The position numbers and the translations under genes were made by a program. This document shows positions 60,545-64,000 of a DNA stretch of 64,000 nucleotides, piece after piece. This DNA comes from Euprymna scolopes (taxonomy: Eukaryota): the NCBI GenBank assembly GCA_053919585.1, contig CM132812.1; one strand, written 5' to 3'. The stretch's first letter is position 1. Each line of letters begins with the position of its first letter. Below the pieces are notes generated by a model, which saw only the letters and a list, made by a program, of their open reading frames with translations, was not told the origin of the DNA and searched no databases.

Positions 60545-61443
60545 TTAAACTTGAAACTGTGCTTAAAATTTGAATTGGTGCTAGATGCATGTTGCGTCGA
60601 AATATTGATATTGAAAAAGGACTTTGCAATGGTACAATGGGTACAGTCACTGAAATACAAATGAAAAATGGCAAAGTTGTTGCTGTGACTGTAAAATTTG
60701 ATCATATGGATCATGCAGTTAATGTTGAATTTGTGCAAGCTGACTATGAACCTTCTCGTTGCCTCTTTGTGACTAGATCTCAAATACCTTTGTCACTCAG
60801 CTATGCTTTAACTGTCCACAAAACCCAAGGTATTTCAGTCGATGGTATCATTATTGACTTGGGATCTGATGTGTTTTCAGATGGAATGGCCTATGTAGCT
60901 TTGTCACGTGCTAGAAAGCTGTGCAATCTCTATTTGATTGACCTTGACCCTCATAAATTGACCATGTGTAACAAAAGTGCATGGACTGAATATAATAGAT
61001 TGAGAGCAAAAGGAGGCAGGGTTGATTTGCAACCGCTTCCTCCTTGTTCTGTTATGCCTCAAAGTTTGTCATTGTAAAAACAGACTTATAAACGAAAAAA
61101 AACAATCGTTATAGATCATGATTTGAAGCAAAAACATAATAGTCCAAATAGAAAATGGCTGAAAATAGACAATTCAATTTCTCAAAATAATTTGGACCTC
61201 AAATTGATCAATGAAAGAAATGCTTGTTTTGCTAACAGTATTGTTCAGACAATTTACCACCTTCCTTTGTTGTCTAACATCATTAAAAGCATTCCAAACA
61301 TTGATTTGCCAATTCAGCAATTAAAAAGATTGCTTGTCCCTGGCACCTACAGTGTTGCTGATCTTAGAGAATCAATCGGAGGCGTTTTTAATAGTGGCCA
61401 ACAAGAATGTGATATTGCATTTTGGGAAGAAGAAATAACATGA
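60545..61443 (+). pseudogene. Helitron/Helentron-type Pif1 helicase C-terminus in frame with a USP (peptidase C19)-like domain; one TAA at 61075; truncated at both ends
   Basis: IGARCMLRRNIDIEKGLCNG, QIPLSLSYALTVHKTQG, FSDGMAYVALSR; then LKLINERNACFANSIVQ (Cys box) and GQQECD (QQD-box-like); 61078-61443 continues the same frame as 60589. Confidence 0.85.
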
Positions 61444-64000
61444 ATTGCATAAAAAACATTAGAAGACAAATTTTTAAATCATAAGAAAAATCTAAAGTCA
61501 CTAAATTATCAATAAAGTTTGTCATAATAATACATTTATTAGATTAATTTTAATTTGGAAAGATAGAAGTACAGTTAAAACATCCAGAATCAGCGAATTC
61601 ATTAAATTTTATCATAACAAAAACGATTGTTTTATTTCAATGCTATTGATAAGAAAACATTTGTTTTACTTGATTAAAATTAATTAAACATAGATTATAT
61701 ATGTAGTATATAAATATTTTTTTATAATGAAACAATTTATTAATTTTTGCTGATTTACGATTTTTTCATTGCCGGTTTTTATTTTGCAAATTAAAAATAA
61801 TCCAATAATCTTTTTTGATAATGAAAAAATGTGCTTACAATTAAGTGATTTTAAACATTTGAATATTTTTTAAATGAACAATAAATTAAAATCAATTTAC
61901 TAAATAATCGTTTTTTTTCAAGATTTATTTACACAATTTACTAATATTTATTGATATAATTGGATAATTTTGCATTGTTCTTCTAATGTTTTATATTCAT
62001 TTTATTTCTTCTGTCAAAAAATTATAATCAATATAATAATCGTTTTTTATAATGAGAAAATTTATAAATATTTAAAATCTTAAAAAGTTCAACAAAATGC
62101 CAATTGCATTTTTATTAGTGCATAAGGCACATCTGATTGAGTTGAAATAAAATATTTTTTGCTTAAATTCTAGTATCTTTCTTTTTATAGTTTAATAGTA
62201 ATAGTTTTTGGTAAATTTTATGGTTAAACATTTTGTTGAACATCTTTCTGTTGAGGCCGAAATCCTTTTTCAAGAAAATAGTAAGATTGGATAACTTTTG
62301 TTATTGTTATGGTTAATCTTTCTATATTTTACGTAACCTACTTTTCTTTCTTTCTTTTAATTAGATTATTTTAAAGAATACGAATTGTGCTATTTTTGAT
62401 CACATTTTCAAATTAAATTATGTTTTCGGCATATTTTGTTTAAATGTTACGGGAAAGTATATAATTATTTTGTGAGTTATATTGATTTCATTAACTCAGG
62501 TTAAAGGCTTTTTTCGTAATGTTACTGAAATAATTAACTATTAAAAAGACTGATTCATGGGGCTTTTGCATCTATTTTTCAATCGCTATTTTTAAAATAG
62601 TATTTTCACGTTACACTCACTTTTTACGATATTTTTGTTTAGCAAATTGTAATGTGAAAGCACAGAAACAATGTTTCAATTCACCCTCCCTCCAATGTTA
62701 AGAATTCCTTTCTAAATAATAACGTAATCATTTCAGCACGGTAATTCTATGCAACAGTGACAAAACCTATTATTGTAAACATCTACAATGCTTTATTTTG
62801 ACAAGAAAAAAAACAAAAATAAATGTATACGTTTTTTTTTTTTTAGTATTTTAGACAATACATTTTTGTTTAAATAAAATAATAATTCTAAGTAAGATGT
62901 TAAAAATATAATGCATCAATTATATTCCGTGATCGTTAATTAATAAATACTAAAAATTGCATAAAAATTGGTTGATTTACTGAATTTTTGTGAGGTTTTA
63001 CGTTAAGGGAAGGGGTTAAAATATTTATATATTTTGGGGATCGACCATTCATTTTGCACGAACCTTAACTTACTCATATAAAAAACCGATTTCTAAATAA
63101 TAACTTAATTATTTCAACACGGTCCGTAGTCTGCATGAGTATTTTTTTATTAATATTATTGAAATTAAAAAAAACATGCAATACCACTAAAATGAACTTA
63201 AAAAAAAACTATTAAAAAAAATCCAAAATGTATTACATCATAAAACACTTTAGTTTCTTCGTAAACAACTTAGCTGCCCTTTTGGCTGTTCTGATGCTAC
63301 ACTTTATTTTTCTGTTCTCAGTCAGTGGAGGGGAAATTCTTCTAGACTGAAACAATATTTATTTCTGTAGCTATTCAGAGTGGCCCGTTTTGGAGAGCTG
63401 GAGCTACCCCACATTTAAAAACCGACCTTGCGTCTGACTTTGTTCTCGAGCCGATGGAAATCAATAGAAACAAGTTAGTCATTTTAATATGTTTAATAAA
63501 ACTATTTATTTTATTTTATTAATTTTATTGAGAATCATAATTAAATTTTCGACATTTAGTTTCATAAAAAATGTAGTTAAAATTATAAATAAATGGGTAA
63601 TTAAAAATACCGCAATAAGTTACCTGTATTAAACATAAGGCTGATTTGGACAGACACTTTGATTTGAGCTGCTTCACCTATTTATTTCATCAGATTTTGT
63701 GATGGCCGTGGAAAACACTACGACTCCTTTAGTCGACCCGATCTTATCCCGGCGCTGCTATTAAAAAAATGATTTGTTGAGGTTGCTTTCAATTCTCTCC
63801 AAACTTTAAAAGTGCCTTAACGAATATTGTTTTTTTCTGACTGCTGGAGAATTGCTTCTTTGGTACTAGTTTTCAAGATTTCTCGCGAAATAACTGACCC
63901 GTTAAAGTGTCTTCCTAATAGCCTTCTCCTGCTTTTCGTCAAAATATTTTAATCCATACTTAATCAAGCTCTGGCCCATCACCTTACAGCTGCTACACTT

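Overview
AT-rich, gene-poor eukaryotic (invertebrate-animal-like) DNA with six assembly gaps and many microsatellites. I could not identify any host protein-coding gene, intact tRNA/rRNA gene or CRISPR array. The window is almost entirely nested, mostly decayed mobile elements: a near-complete Helitron Rep/Helicase (35.4-41 kb, minus; one stop and about three frameshifts; 23-aa STPR-like N-terminal repeats); a second Helitron/Helentron-type Pif1 helicase fragment in frame with a ubiquitin-specific-protease-like (USP/C19) domain (60.5-61.4 kb); several non-autonomous Helitrons; CR1-group, RTE, Hero-like (RLE) and Penelope retrotransposon remnants; Tc1 and mariner DNA transposons (one mariner nested in a Tc1 terminal repeat); a Gypsy remnant; and a solo LTR. 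The most notable non-coding signals are (i) several Penelope-type hammerhead ribozyme cores, two inside long palindromes and one at the 3' end of a tRNA-headed SINE, next to a Penelope RT fragment, suggesting a Pol III/ribozyme SINE mobilised by Penelope; (ii) two copies of a 5S-rRNA-headed SINE; (iii) a 59-bp minisatellite that grew out of a retrotransposon zinc-knuckle; and (iv) the same Tc1 transposase segment copied into two unrelated elements. All calls were made by eye, so coordinates of decayed elements are approximate.
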